From the NCBI GenBank assembly GCA_947165675.1, contig CAMVBJ010000002.1, positions 45,570 to 109,569 of the forward strand: a stretch of DNA of 64,000 nucleotides. Direction: 5' to 3'. The stretch's first letter is position 1. Each line of letters starts with the position of its first letter. A model generated the notes under the pieces. It ran no database searches. It saw nothing but the letters and a program-made list of their open reading frames with translations, and was not told the origin of the DNA. This document shows, one piece after another, positions 8,927 to 18,654 of this stretch. Both the position numbers and the translations under genes were made by a program. This DNA comes from an uncultured Prevotellaceae bacterium. GTDB lineage: Bacteria > Bacteroidota > Bacteroidia > Bacteroidales > Muribaculaceae.

Positions 8927-10012
8927 ATGACACTTAAATATCTCATACAGAAGGAGTTTACTCAGATTCGTCGCAATGCCTTCCTGCCGAAGCTCATTGT
9001 GGTGTTTCCCATTATGATCATGTGCGTCATGCCTTGGGTCATGAACCAGGAGGTGAAGAATATCAAGGTCACAGTGGTTGATAATGACCGCTCAACGCTG
9101 TCCCAGCAGTTGGTACATAGCATTGAGGCCAGTAGCTACTTCATTTTCAAGGGTCAGCAACCCACTTATCGTGTTGCCTTAAAGGATATCGAGAAATCGC
9201 GTACCGATATTGTTTTGGTGATTCCACAGGACTATAGCCGTGACGTGACTTTAGGCAATCAGCCGCAGGTGCTCATCGCGGCCAATGCTGTCAATGGCAC
9301 CAAGGGGGCGATGGGCGGGGCTTACCTGTCGCAGATTGTCACGGCCCATGTCAACCCTGACATCGCCGCGATGCAGTCACGTGTGTCAACCTTGTTTCTG
9401 TATAATAAGAACCTGAATTTCAAGCTGTTCATGATACCTGCCCTGTTTGCCATCGTAATGATGTTGATGACGGGTTTCCTGCCCGCACTCAACATCGTGG
9501 GTGAGAAGGAGGCGGGCACCATCGAGCAGATTAACGTCACGCCAGTGAGCAAGTGGACGTTTATTCTGGCAAAACTCATCCCTTACTGGATTATTGCTCT
9601 GTTTGTCATCACCGTGTGCCTGCTATTGGCGTGGGCGGTCTATGGCATTACCAGTGTGGGTCCTTTGGCTTTGATTTATCTGCTGGTGATGTTGCTGGCC
9701 TTGTTCTGGAGTTCGTTTGGCTTGATGATCAGCAATTACAGCGATACGATGCAGCAAGCCATCTTCGTGATGTGGTTTTTCGTGGTGATGATGTTGTTGC
9801 TCTCGGGCCTGTTCACGCCCACGCGCTCCATGCCATCATGGGCCTACGCCACGACGTATGTCAACCCGATGTCCTACTTCATCGAAGCAGTGCGTACCGT
9901 GTTCATTCGTGGCGGAGGCATCACGAGCATCTGGCACCAGTTGCTGGCACTATTGGGTATTGGCTCGGTGATGGCTTGCTGGGCCGTCGTCAGCTACAAG
10001 AAAAACTCCTGA
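8927..10012 (+). CDS. ABC-2 type permease (YbhR-like)
   Basis: EKEAGTIEQINVTP, LSGLFTPTRSMP motifs; multiple TM helices. Confidence 0.92.
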   Translation: MTLKYLIQKEFTQIRRNAFLPKLIVVFPIMIMCVMPWVMNQEVKNIKVTVVDNDRSTLSQQLVHSIEASSYFIFKGQQPTYRVALKDIEKSRTDIVLVIPQDYSRDVTLGNQPQVLIAANAVNGTKGAMGGAYLSQIVTAHVNPDIAAMQSRVSTLFLYNKNLNFKLFMIPALFAIVMMLMTGFLPALNIVGEKEAGTIEQINVTPVSKWTFILAKLIPYWIIALFVITVCLLLAWAVYGITSVGPLALIYLLVMLLALFWSSFGLMISNYSDTMQQAIFVMWFFVVMMLLLSGLFTPTRSMPSWAYATTYVNPMSYFIEAVRTVFIRGGGITSIWHQLLALLGIGSVMACWAVVSYKKNS

Positions 10013-10014
10013 CT

Positions 10015-10797
10015 TCAGTTGGCCATCTCCGGGAAGAGGGAGCCACTGACATTGAAGTCATATCCATTAACCTTGAATGAGCCTGAAATAGTGCGGCACT
10101 GATTGTCAAGGTTGAAGTGCAGGCCGGTAATTGTGTAGGTGGAGCTGAAGTTGGATGCAGCCTCATCAGCAGTGATGGTATATCCCGTGGCGGTGGTAGT
10201 CACCTGGAGGCCTTCGTACATAATGAGACTGGCTTGAATCGAACCGCTGGTGTTGGAGATGAAGTTACTGATGTACATCGTGCAGGTCTCACCCGTGTCG
10301 TCAAGAATGAACTTGTAAGCCGAGTTCTCATGTTCATAGGGGGTGCCCTCTCCATTGGATATTACCGTCTTGGCATAAGCATAGAGTGGATGGGTCGAGC
10401 TTACAACAAGAGTGCCATCGCTCAAGCTGAGACTGTACCAGAACATGCCAGTACCCAGGTCGAGGTAGCCATTCAAGTCATTGATTTCGCCCGAGGTGCC
10501 GTCACCATTGAAACTCAAGATGTTTGAGGTCTTGAAAACAAAGTCCATCACCGGGGAATTGAGTGACTGTACATGTCCATCAGCATCTTTAAAGTCACTG
10601 CTGAATTGGACAGTTCGTTTTGTTAAGTTAATAGTACATTGGGTATTACCCTGGCTGAATACAACCTCGTTACCGTTAATGGCACGGCTGATGATAGTGC
10701 CTGAGAACGACTGTACGGCTTCGTCCTCGCTACTGTTGTTGCAAGAGGTGAATGCGACCAGCATCATCAATGTGAAAAGATAAATCAGCTTTTTCAT
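10015..10797 (-). CDS. Surface lipoprotein (family A), paralog of 2106..2897
   Basis: Lipobox FTSC plus NNSSEDE; clear similarity to 2106..2897. Confidence 0.85.
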   Translation of the reverse strand: MKKLIYLFTLMMLVAFTSCNNSSEDEAVQSFSGTIISRAINGNEVVFSQGNTQCTINLTKRTVQFSSDFKDADGHVQSLNSPVMDFVFKTSNILSFNGDGTSGEINDLNGYLDLGTGMFWYSLSLSDGTLVVSSTHPLYAYAKTVISNGEGTPYEHENSAYKFILDDTGETCTMYISNFISNTSGSIQASLIMYEGLQVTTTATGYTITADEAASNFSSTYTITGLHFNLDNQCRTISGSFKVNGYDFNVSGSLFPEMAN

Positions 10798-10836
10798 TGT
10801 AGTGGTTATTATTCTTAACGTGTAATGCTAATTAAA

Positions 10837-11676
10837 TTAATAGGTGGAGTAGTCAGGGTAGGTGCTGCCTGTAGCGGAAACCGTGGCACTGTCGCCCATC
10901 ATGAAGCTGGTGCTGAACGAGTCGTTGACCAGATCAATGGAGGCGTTAAACGACTTGAACGGGTACTTGTCGGTCGTTGACACCACGCTGCTGGTACTGT
11001 CCACCCAGTTGCGGTACACTCCTGTGGTCCTGATGTTCTCGCTCTCGATGGTGAAACCATTGGGGGTGGGGATGAGTTCTGCGCCGCTGCCAGTGAGGTT
11101 GATGAAGTATTTCAGGTCCTTGGCATGGACGATGCCCATAACCTTGATGGTTGCTGTAGATGAAGCAGGGGCAAGCTCAAACTGGTACATGGTGCCATCC
11201 ATCTCAGTGCTCTTGGTCGTGTCTTTATAGTTGATGATGGTCTTGGTCTTGAGGAAGAAAACATCGGCTATGGTCGAGATAATGCGCAAACCGTCGTCCG
11301 TTGTATAAGTGTAGCGCAGTGAACCCTCGTTGAAGTCAACATAACCCTTAAAACCATTGCTGCTGGCACTGAGCTCATAGAAACCCAATCTCTTGGGCGA
11401 TGCTGTAATATTGCTGATACTCAATGTCTTGTCGCCGCTTCCGTCATTATAGTGTAGCTCAATCGATGCCGTGTGCTTGACGGTATCGAGCGTGAGCTTG
11501 TTGTGGGTACTGCTGAACCCCAGCACTGCGCCGGTTGAGGTGTTGTACACGTGGTTGATCATGGGGGTGTTGACAGTGAATTTACCGTTACCGCGCTTGG
11601 GCTCGTCATTGTCATTGCACGAGATGGCACCCATGAGCAATCCCATCATTGCTATCAGTAAAAAAATCTTTTTCAT
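10837..11676 (-). CDS. Surface lipoprotein, distant relative of family A
   Basis: Lipobox AISC plus NDNDEPK; shares GYVDF/GY.DL, GFTI and C-terminal GSxYP patterns with family A. Confidence 0.8.
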   Translation of the reverse strand: MKKIFLLIAMMGLLMGAISCNDNDEPKRGNGKFTVNTPMINHVYNTSTGAVLGFSSTHNKLTLDTVKHTASIELHYNDGSGDKTLSISNITASPKRLGFYELSASSNGFKGYVDFNEGSLRYTYTTDDGLRIISTIADVFFLKTKTIINYKDTTKSTEMDGTMYQFELAPASSTATIKVMGIVHAKDLKYFINLTGSGAELIPTPNGFTIESENIRTTGVYRNWVDSTSSVVSTTDKYPFKSFNASIDLVNDSFSTSFMMGDSATVSATGSTYPDYSTY

Positions 11677-11733
11677 GTCCAGAAAATTATTCTATGCGTC
11701 ATTAATTAATGGCGACAAAGATACAGTTAAAAA

Positions 11734-11765
11734 ACAAATGGTGCACCGAATCTTGCACCATTTGT
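11734..11765. promoter_or_regulatory. Palindromic operator candidate ACAAATGGTGCA-N8-TGCACCATTTGT upstream of lipoprotein gene 10837..11676
   Basis: Perfect 12-bp inverted repeat; the 10-bp core arm ends 12 bp upstream of a TATCTTTG -7 box on the minus strand; same core and spacing recur at 12596..12621. Confidence 0.6.
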
Positions 11766-11797
11766 CATGTTTTTTATATTAAATGAAGTTAAAAACG

Positions 11798-12523
11798 TCA
11801 GAATGTAATGTGAAACACTATGGGGTAGCGTTTGGAAATCGCACCCTTGTAATCAAAGTGCTTGCCGCGGTAGTCAAATGCTGCTGAATATGTTTGCTCT
11901 TTGATGTTGACTTTACAGTCGAGATGGGTCACTGCATTGTCGGTCTGGGTAACAAACTTACCGTCACTTTCTGTCTGGACCGATAGGTCGGTGCCAGTAG
12001 AAGTGTAAATGCCGTTAGTTCTGTCGAACGAGATAGGGGCTTTGAACCGAAATGCAGCAAGTTGAGAGCCATCTGTGCTATCCACGGCTTTGCGTACAGT
12101 GATCGTGTTGGTCTTGAGATCACGCTGGATAAGGAATTCAAAGAAGGTGGAATCGTTCTCGTTCTCAATGACGCTAAATGCCGTTACGACTTGGGGATTA
12201 TCGCTCTTGGGAATCACTACTTCCTTGGTCGTGGTATTGCTGATCGGCAAACCTGGCTTTTGGGCGGTGGCCCGGAACGACTCGGTGTAGTCCACATAAT
12301 CGCGCATGTAACGGATGGGATTTTCTATCTCATCATTGCTGCCTTGGTTGTAGAGTTTGACCACTCCCTGCCCAACAGCGGTTATGGTAACATAATCGTC
12401 TCTGACCTCAGAGATGATTTCAGGTGCCGGGGTTCGACCTGGTTCATCATCCTTGTCGCCACACGAGGAGAATGTCAAGTACAACAGTACGGTTGAGAAT
12501 AAAATCAATAGAATCTGTTTCAT
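11798..12523 (-). CDS. Surface lipoprotein (family B), C-terminal domain paralogous to 12802..13266
   Basis: Lipobox FSSC plus GDKDDEPGR; C-terminal (APISFDRT...THLDCKVN...TYS..FD..G.HFD..G) matches 12802..13266. Confidence 0.8.
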   Translation of the reverse strand: MKQILLILFSTVLLYLTFSSCGDKDDEPGRTPAPEIISEVRDDYVTITAVGQGVVKLYNQGSNDEIENPIRYMRDYVDYTESFRATAQKPGLPISNTTTKEVVIPKSDNPQVVTAFSVIENENDSTFFEFLIQRDLKTNTITVRKAVDSTDGSQLAAFRFKAPISFDRTNGIYTSTGTDLSVQTESDGKFVTQTDNAVTHLDCKVNIKEQTYSAAFDYRGKHFDYKGAISKRYPIVFHITF

Positions 12524-12595
12524 GTTTTAAAGAGCAGTTGTTGAAGTTGGATGATGTAAGCGAAGTTTTGCACTGCAAATTTAGCTGCTAAAAAT

Positions 12596-12621
12596 AAATG
12601 GTGCAACAATGTGCACCATTT
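12596..12621. promoter_or_regulatory. Palindromic operator candidate AAATGGTGCA-N6-TGCACCATTT upstream of lipoprotein gene 11798..12523
   Basis: Perfect 10-bp inverted repeat ending 12 bp upstream of a TAAATTTG -7 box on the minus strand. Confidence 0.6.
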
Positions 12622-12735
12622 TTTTGATTGTGTTGAATTTTTTTGGGCAATGATATAACTGTTGGCGTGAACCCTGAGGGGCTAATGGTGGTTTCACAAA
12701 TAGTTCTAAATATTTTACGTGAAATGCGTTTTTTG

Positions 12736-12786
12736 TAGCGAAATTAGCATTTAAAAACTTTTAGGGCCAACTTCTATATCGTTCCC
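12736..12786 (+). repeat. Dispersed 51-bp repeat, second copy at 58696..58746
   Basis: TAGCGAAATTAGC..TTAAAAACTTTTA..GGG.CAAC..CTATATCGTTCCC shared by both sites, about 45 of 52 aligned positions by eye. Confidence 0.75.
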
Positions 12787-12801
12787 ATTTCCTTTCACAG
12801 G

Positions 12802-13266
12802 TTACCGTAAGGTTCCTGTGTTATCAAAGTGTCCGCCATGGCAGTCAAACTTAATGCTGTAGGTCTTGTTACTGGTGTTGACGGTGCAGGTCAAGTCGGT
12901 GACCAGATAGCGTGGGTCGGTGAGTTGCATCATGGTGCTGCCGCGCTTCATCCAGGGGTGAATTCCCGTGCCTGCATAGGTGAAAATCTTTCCTGTCTTA
13001 TCGACAGTGACAGGGGCATCAACGCGGATGTTCATTGCCGGAGAAACGGCATCGCCAATGGTGAAAACAATATTGTACATGTAGATGCTGCTGGAATCTT
13101 TCTCGGTGTTGATGTCAAACAGGAAGTGGACGTCGGTCTCGCTTTCGTACTGACTTTCCAAACTGGCCGTTGTCGGCACATCGGGCTCATCGTTATCGTT
13201 GCCACATGAGGTCACAGCCATGCTGAACAGCGCGGCAATCAACAACATTGAAAACAATTTCTTCAT
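12802..13266 (-). CDS. Surface lipoprotein (family B)
   Basis: Lipobox VTSC plus GNDNDEPD; immediately downstream of the TonB receptor. Confidence 0.82.
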   Translation of the reverse strand: MKKLFSMLLIAALFSMAVTSCGNDNDEPDVPTTASLESQYESETDVHFLFDINTEKDSSSIYMYNIVFTIGDAVSPAMNIRVDAPVTVDKTGKIFTYAGTGIHPWMKRGSTMMQLTDPRYLVTDLTCTVNTSNKTYSIKFDCHGGHFDNTGTLR

Positions 13267-13338
13267 AACTTTTTGATTGTTATTAAATGAATTTAGTAAA
13301 TTAATTAATTTTGATGTAAATAAATTCTATACAGATCT

Positions 13339-15576
13339 CTAATTAAAAAACAGGCGCAAGGTGGCACCGAGTTGTCGGCCGTGGCCACGTTGCATGAAGT
13401 GGTGCTGGATCGACACAAAGTAGAATGTCTTGTAACTTGTATCGGTCAAGTTGCGTCCCCACAGTTGCAGGCTGTAGTGCTCTTGCTTCCAGGTGACAGA
13501 AGCACCTAACAGGGCATACAGCGGTTGTCTCATCGTGTTGGCTTCGTCCCAGTAGATGTCACCCGCAGCACGCACGTTGGCCGCAAAGGTAAGTAATTTA
13601 TTCCAATCACCACCAATTTTTATTGAATGATTTGCCTCGGCAAACAGGGTGTGCATCGGTGCATAGGGTACACGCTTGCCGCTGTGGTCCACTTTGCCAT
13701 CGTTATAGTCCTTGAAAGTGGCGTGGGTGAAGCCATAGCTGATATTGAAGTGAGTCAACTCGGTGGGACTGACTGACATGGCAAACTCAGCACCCCAGCT
13801 GTGAGTCTTGCCGGCGTTGGTCATCATGCGTCCTGTGGTTGTCCCTGGAGGAAATACCGTCAACTGGCGGTCACGGCAGTCCATGAAGAAGGCGCTCAGG
13901 TCGCTTTGAACACGCTTGTCCCAGCACTCAAAGTGCCCACCCAGCTCGTAGTTCCAAGCCTTCTCGGGCTTGTAACCCACCATCTTGTCGATATCATACT
14001 GGAGGCCAATGCCCATCATCTTCATCAACCGCTGCTGTAACACATCGCTGAACATCTGGGTATTGAAACCGCCGGCCTTGCTGCCACGCTCGATAGCGAC
14101 ATAAACCGTATGGTTCTTGCCCGCCCAGGGGTGCCAGGTGAGACTCAAGTTGGGTAATATCTCAAAGAAGTCCTTGTTGAGCGTTGACTGGTCGTCAATG
14201 TCGATGTTCTCGTGGGTATAGAGTTCGCCCGTGGCACCATGAAGTATGCTGTAACCCGTGTGGGTCTCACTGTGGTAGTTGAGCCGTGCGTGCTCATAGT
14301 CGATGCGCACTCCAGCAGACAGGGTCCATTTCCCCCAGTTGTAGCTGGACTCGTGATACAGGGCCAAGCCCCAATTGGGACTGGTGAATTCACTGCCAAG
14401 CAAGAAGGTGCGACTGTCCCAGACGATGGGGTACTCGGGCAGCGCCTCGTTAGCATGTCGCTCGATGAGGTCGGCGATGCCATAGTCGTAGAAATTGACA
14501 GGCGCTTGCATTGTGTAGCGACGGTAAAAACCGCTGACGCCAGCAAGCCAGTTATAGCCTTCTGATTTCTTGTGGCCGCGGGCAATCAGGTCCTGGGTCA
14601 CGGCGTGCTCGCGTCGTGCTTGTGTCAGGGTGAAGTAGTCGCGCGGAGTGAAATCCTGATCAAGCGTCATGTTGTCATTAATGTACTGGTAGCTGGTGAT
14701 GCTGGACAGGGTCAGGCGGTCAAAGTCCTTGCGTAACGTCAGACCGTCCATGACCGACGTGCGACGATAGAAACAGGTGTCGTTATAAGCAATCTCGCCA
14801 GTCTCGACCCACTCATAGGGGTAACCGCCCTGGCGGCTCACGGTAGCTGACAGGACGTTGGACAGGTACCACCCATTTTGGTCGCGCCATTCCACCTTAG
14901 CCCTGCCACTGAACAGGTGCTCCCAGTCGCAGTGTTTACCATTATACTGGTTGCGGAACTCGCCGTGGGTCGTGTTGTACTGGGCTGTCAGTGATATGCC
15001 TAAGTTTTCCTTTAATAGCATGTAGTGCCCGGCCCCAACGCGCAACGTTCCATGATTGGCACCTTCGATCATGGCGCGTGTGCCCTGGTAGTTGAGCGGA
15101 GACAGGGTGTAGATATTCATGAGTCCGCCCAGCGTGTTGCGGCCGTAGAGGGTGTTCTGTGGACCACGCAACATCTCCATGCGCGAGATGTCCATGATGT
15201 CGATGTCATAATTCTCCTTGGTCATCACTGGCACATTATCGATGGTGAGGCCCACGGAGGGCTGGTCGATGCGGGTGCCGATGCCACGGACGTACACTGT
15301 CGAAGTCATGCGGCTACCATAGTCGGGAATAAACAGGTTGGGAATCAGGTTGGCTGCGTTCTTGACCGACATGACCTGGTTGCGCTCGGCCTCTTGACGG
15401 TCGATGACTGTCAGGGCTGTTGCCTGGGTGCGCAAGTCGGCGTTCTGCTTGATGGCTGTGACTGTCACTTCGCTCAGTGACAGGGTGTCACCGAGTGTGA
15501 TTGGCTCGCCTGTCGGTGCCGCAAGGGCTGCAACCGTCATACATGAAGCCATAAAAAATGACGTCGTTTTTTTCAT
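13339..15576 (-). CDS. TonB-dependent receptor
   Basis: TonB-box-like LSEVTVTA; plug motif RMEMLRGPQNTLYGRNTLGGLMNI; barrel ending in a terminal Phe region; TATCTTTG promoter just upstream. Confidence 0.93.
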   Translation of the reverse strand: MKKTTSFFMASCMTVAALAAPTGEPITLGDTLSLSEVTVTAIKQNADLRTQATALTVIDRQEAERNQVMSVKNAANLIPNLFIPDYGSRMTSTVYVRGIGTRIDQPSVGLTIDNVPVMTKENYDIDIMDISRMEMLRGPQNTLYGRNTLGGLMNIYTLSPLNYQGTRAMIEGANHGTLRVGAGHYMLLKENLGISLTAQYNTTHGEFRNQYNGKHCDWEHLFSGRAKVEWRDQNGWYLSNVLSATVSRQGGYPYEWVETGEIAYNDTCFYRRTSVMDGLTLRKDFDRLTLSSITSYQYINDNMTLDQDFTPRDYFTLTQARREHAVTQDLIARGHKKSEGYNWLAGVSGFYRRYTMQAPVNFYDYGIADLIERHANEALPEYPIVWDSRTFLLGSEFTSPNWGLALYHESSYNWGKWTLSAGVRIDYEHARLNYHSETHTGYSILHGATGELYTHENIDIDDQSTLNKDFFEILPNLSLTWHPWAGKNHTVYVAIERGSKAGGFNTQMFSDVLQQRLMKMMGIGLQYDIDKMVGYKPEKAWNYELGGHFECWDKRVQSDLSAFFMDCRDRQLTVFPPGTTTGRMMTNAGKTHSWGAEFAMSVSPTELTHFNISYGFTHATFKDYNDGKVDHSGKRVPYAPMHTLFAEANHSIKIGGDWNKLLTFAANVRAAGDIYWDEANTMRQPLYALLGASVTWKQEHYSLQLWGRNLTDTSYKTFYFVSIQHHFMQRGHGRQLGATLRLFFN

Positions 15577-15831
15577 GGCTGCAAAGATACTGCTTGTCGG
15601 CGTTATGGCAAAAAAATATGAAGAAAAACTATGGTAGGGTCGTGTGATGCATGATTCAGAAACAAGGACTATTGATGGGCGATTACCAGGGCGGCTACAC
15701 GATTAGGCGGCCTCATGTCGTTTCTGGCAAATCGTCGGATTTAAAACAAGGGGTAAGCCATCATGGAGGTGACTTGTTAACAAGTGCGAAAAATGCTGCC
15801 CTTTTGGTTTGGTCAGATAATAATTATTGTG

Positions 15832-15839
15832 TATATTTG
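15832..15839 (+). promoter_or_regulatory. -7 promoter (TATATTTG) of the nuo-atp run
   Basis: TAnnTTTG with a TTTG -33 element at 15808-15811, 20 bp upstream. Confidence 0.65.
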
Positions 15840-15973
15840 CACCGCATTTTGGGGCGTCGCTGCTGCAATTGTTCCCGTCTGTGGGCGTAAGTGATTGGGC
15901 AGTAGGGGCTTTAATGTGTTGTTATTAACTAACCTGCCAAAAATTAGAACAAACAATAGATCAACTTCGTTTT

Positions 15974-16348
15974 ATGGATTCATCAATTTTCGGAGTACAG
16001 AGCACGACTCTTGCTATCACAGCAGCTTTGACTGGTGTGTTGCTTGTAGTCGGCGCCCTGGTTATTGCGTGGCTGATCGGCCCGCGTAGTTATACTAAGA
16101 AGAAAGGCGAGCCCTTCGAGTGCGGTATTCCCACCCGTGGTGATTCGATGGCCCAGTATCATGTGGGCTATTATCTGTTTGCCATCCTGTTCCTGATGTT
16201 TGACGTGGAGACTGTATTCCTGTTCCCGTGGGCAACCATCTGCAAGGGTATCGGCAGCCAGGCTCTGCTTGCTGTGGGCACTTTCCTCGTTATTCTGGTT
16301 TTAGGTCTGGCTTATGCCTGGAAGAAAGGAGCGTTGAGATGGAAGTGA
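15974..16348 (+). CDS. nuoA: NADH-quinone oxidoreductase subunit A
   Basis: KGEPFECG, YYLFAILFLMFDVE, AWKKGALRWK. Confidence 0.96.
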   Translation: MDSSIFGVQSTTLAITAALTGVLLVVGALVIAWLIGPRSYTKKKGEPFECGIPTRGDSMAQYHVGYYLFAILFLMFDVETVFLFPWATICKGIGSQALLAVGTFLVILVLGLAYAWKKGALRWK

Positions 16349-16947
16349 AAATCAAGTCGATGAAGCATGAAGACTTCAAGGACAATGAGTATATCGACAA
16401 TCTTGTTGAGCAACTGCGTGCCGGTGGCACCAATATCATCGTTGGCAAGCTGGATCAGTTGATGAATTGGGGCGTAAGTAACTCACTGTGGCCGTTGTGC
16501 TTCGGTACGAGTTGCTGTGCTATCGAGTTCATGTGCCTGGGTGCTGCCCGCTATGATATGGCTCGTTACGGTTTTGAGGTGGCTCGTAATAGCCCCCGCC
16601 AGGCAGACTACATCATGTGCCAGGGAACTATTAACTATCGTATGGCTCCCGCATTGAAGCGCCTGTATGAGCAAATGGCCGAACCCAAGTATGTCATTGC
16701 ATGTGGCTCCTGCACCGTGAGCGGTGGCCCGTTTAAGAACAGCTATTGTGTGGTCAAGGGTGTTGACGAGATTATTCCCGTTGACGTTTATCTGCCCGGT
16801 TGCCCACCGCGTCCCGAGGCTTTCTTCTATGCCTTGATGCAGTTGCAGCGCAAGATCAAGGTGCAGAAGTACTTTGGCGGTGTTAACCGCAAGGAAAAGC
16901 TGGAACTCAAGTATGATGGCCAAGCCCTCCAGGAGGAAACCAAGTAA
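16339..16947 (+). CDS. nuoB: NADH-quinone oxidoreductase subunit B
   Basis: GTSCCAIE, SPRQAD, MAEPKYVIACGSC, VDVYLPGCPPRPE; start MEVKIK overlaps the nuoA end. Confidence 0.96.
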   Translation: MEVKIKSMKHEDFKDNEYIDNLVEQLRAGGTNIIVGKLDQLMNWGVSNSLWPLCFGTSCCAIEFMCLGAARYDMARYGFEVARNSPRQADYIMCQGTINYRMAPALKRLYEQMAEPKYVIACGSCTVSGGPFKNSYCVVKGVDEIIPVDVYLPGCPPRPEAFFYALMQLQRKIKVQKYFGGVNRKEKLELKYDGQALQEETK

Positions 16948-16973
16948 TCAAACCGACAAAAATCCATTGAAAT

Positions 16974-18608
16974 ATGGCAGAAATAGAGAACAAAATCACT
17001 CAGTTGTGCCCCCAGGCGCAGGTTGACACCACTGGCGAGTTCCCGCTGGTTACCGTCGATGACGCGCAGTGGCACGACTTGGCACGCGCCCTGAAGACCC
17101 AGATGCACTATGACGTGTTGAGCGCCGTCGTGGGCATGGACTGGACCGAAGCGCTCGGCTGTGTTTACTACCTTACCAACACGAGCACCCATGAACTGCT
17201 TCATGTCAAGGTGGCAACCACCGACCGCCAAAACCCCCGCCTCCATTCAGTCGTGGATCTGTGGCCTGTGGCCAATTTCCAGGAGCGTGAGGTGTATGAC
17301 TTCTTCGGCATCGTGTTTATCGGTCACCCTGACATGCGTCGCATGTTCTTGCGTACCGACTGGGTGGGTTATCCCCTGCGCAAGGACTATGACCCCGCCA
17401 GTAACCCCCTGCGCCTCGAGGATGAGACCAATGAGGATTACACCTGCCGCTGGGTCGAGGACGAGAACGGCAAGGTCAAGAAAATCGACGGTAAGGTGTT
17501 TGAGGACGACGAGTATGTCATCAATGTGGGTCCCCAGCACCCGTCCACCCATGGTGTGATGCGTTACCGTGCCAGCCTCGATGGCGAGATTGTCAAGAAG
17601 ATTGACGTCGTCAGCGGATATATCCATCGCGGAATTGAGAAGATTTGTGAGGACCTGACTTATCCCCAGATGCTCCTGTACACCGAACGCATGGACTACA
17701 TGGCAGCCCATATCAACCGCCACTGCATGTGCATGTGTGTTGAGAAGGCGCTGGGTATAGAGGTGCCTCACCGTGCCGAACTCATCCGCTTGATGATGGA
17801 TGAGCTCATGCGTCTGTCGTCCCACTTGTTGAGCTATGGTTGCTTGACCATGGACCAGGGTGCCACGACCGCATTCTTCTACGGCTTCCGTGAGAGGGAA
17901 TTGATTTATGATATCTTTGACCGCACCTGTGGCGCCCGCATGTCGATGAGCTATAGCTGCATCGGTGGTGTGGTGGCCGACGTTCATGAAGACTTTATCA
18001 AGGATGTGCGTCATGCTTGTGACGTCATCGAGAAGAACCTGGCCGAGTACCATAAGCTCTTCACGGGCAACGTCATTGCCGTGAACCGCATGACGGGTGT
18101 GGGTCTCCTCTCCAAGCAAGACGCCATCGACTATGATATTACCGGTCCGTCGGGCCGCGCCAGCGGTTGGCACTGCGACGTGCGCAAGACCAATCCTTAT
18201 TCTCTCTACAACGAGTTCGACTTCGACGAGGTCGTTTATGAGAACGGTGACTCAATGGACCGCTACATGGTCCGCATGAAGGAGATGGAGCAGTGCATCA
18301 AGATCCTGCGCCAGGCCTGTGATAAACTTGAGGCCGAGGGCGTTCAGGGTGAGTACTGCGCACCCAAGGTTCCCAAGGTGATGAAATTACCTGTTGGCCA
18401 CTGGTACCAGCAAGTAGAGGCCAGCCGTGGTGCCTTCGGCGTGTATATCGAGAGTGACGGTGGCACCAAGCCTGTCCGTGTACACTTCCAGTCGCCCTGC
18501 TTCAACCTGATTGGCGTGGTTGACTTGACGTGTCGCGACAACATGATTGCCGACTTGATTACCATCACGGCATCGCTCGACTTCGTTATCCCCGATATCG
18601 ATCGCTAA
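16974..18608 (+). CDS. nuoD: NADH-quinone oxidoreductase fused subunit C/D
   Basis: NuoC EREVYDFFGIVFIGHPDMRR plus NuoD NVGPQHPSTHGV, GYIHRGIEK, DIDR C-terminus. Confidence 0.96.
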   Translation: MAEIENKITQLCPQAQVDTTGEFPLVTVDDAQWHDLARALKTQMHYDVLSAVVGMDWTEALGCVYYLTNTSTHELLHVKVATTDRQNPRLHSVVDLWPVANFQEREVYDFFGIVFIGHPDMRRMFLRTDWVGYPLRKDYDPASNPLRLEDETNEDYTCRWVEDENGKVKKIDGKVFEDDEYVINVGPQHPSTHGVMRYRASLDGEIVKKIDVVSGYIHRGIEKICEDLTYPQMLLYTERMDYMAAHINRHCMCMCVEKALGIEVPHRAELIRLMMDELMRLSSHLLSYGCLTMDQGATTAFFYGFRERELIYDIFDRTCGARMSMSYSCIGGVVADVHEDFIKDVRHACDVIEKNLAEYHKLFTGNVIAVNRMTGVGLLSKQDAIDYDITGPSGRASGWHCDVRKTNPYSLYNEFDFDEVVYENGDSMDRYMVRMKEMEQCIKILRQACDKLEAEGVQGEYCAPKVPKVMKLPVGHWYQQVEASRGAFGVYIESDGGTKPVRVHFQSPCFNLIGVVDLTCRDNMIADLITITASLDFVIPDIDR

Positions 18609-18654
18609 GAGTTAATTTGCAAGAACAAAACCACTAAAGAAAAGATTAAGAGAT

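Noticed and set aside
16228-16338. N-terminal extension of nuoB in the ORF track
   Set aside because: Overlaps nuoA out of frame; NuoB-like sequence begins at MEVKIK (16339).
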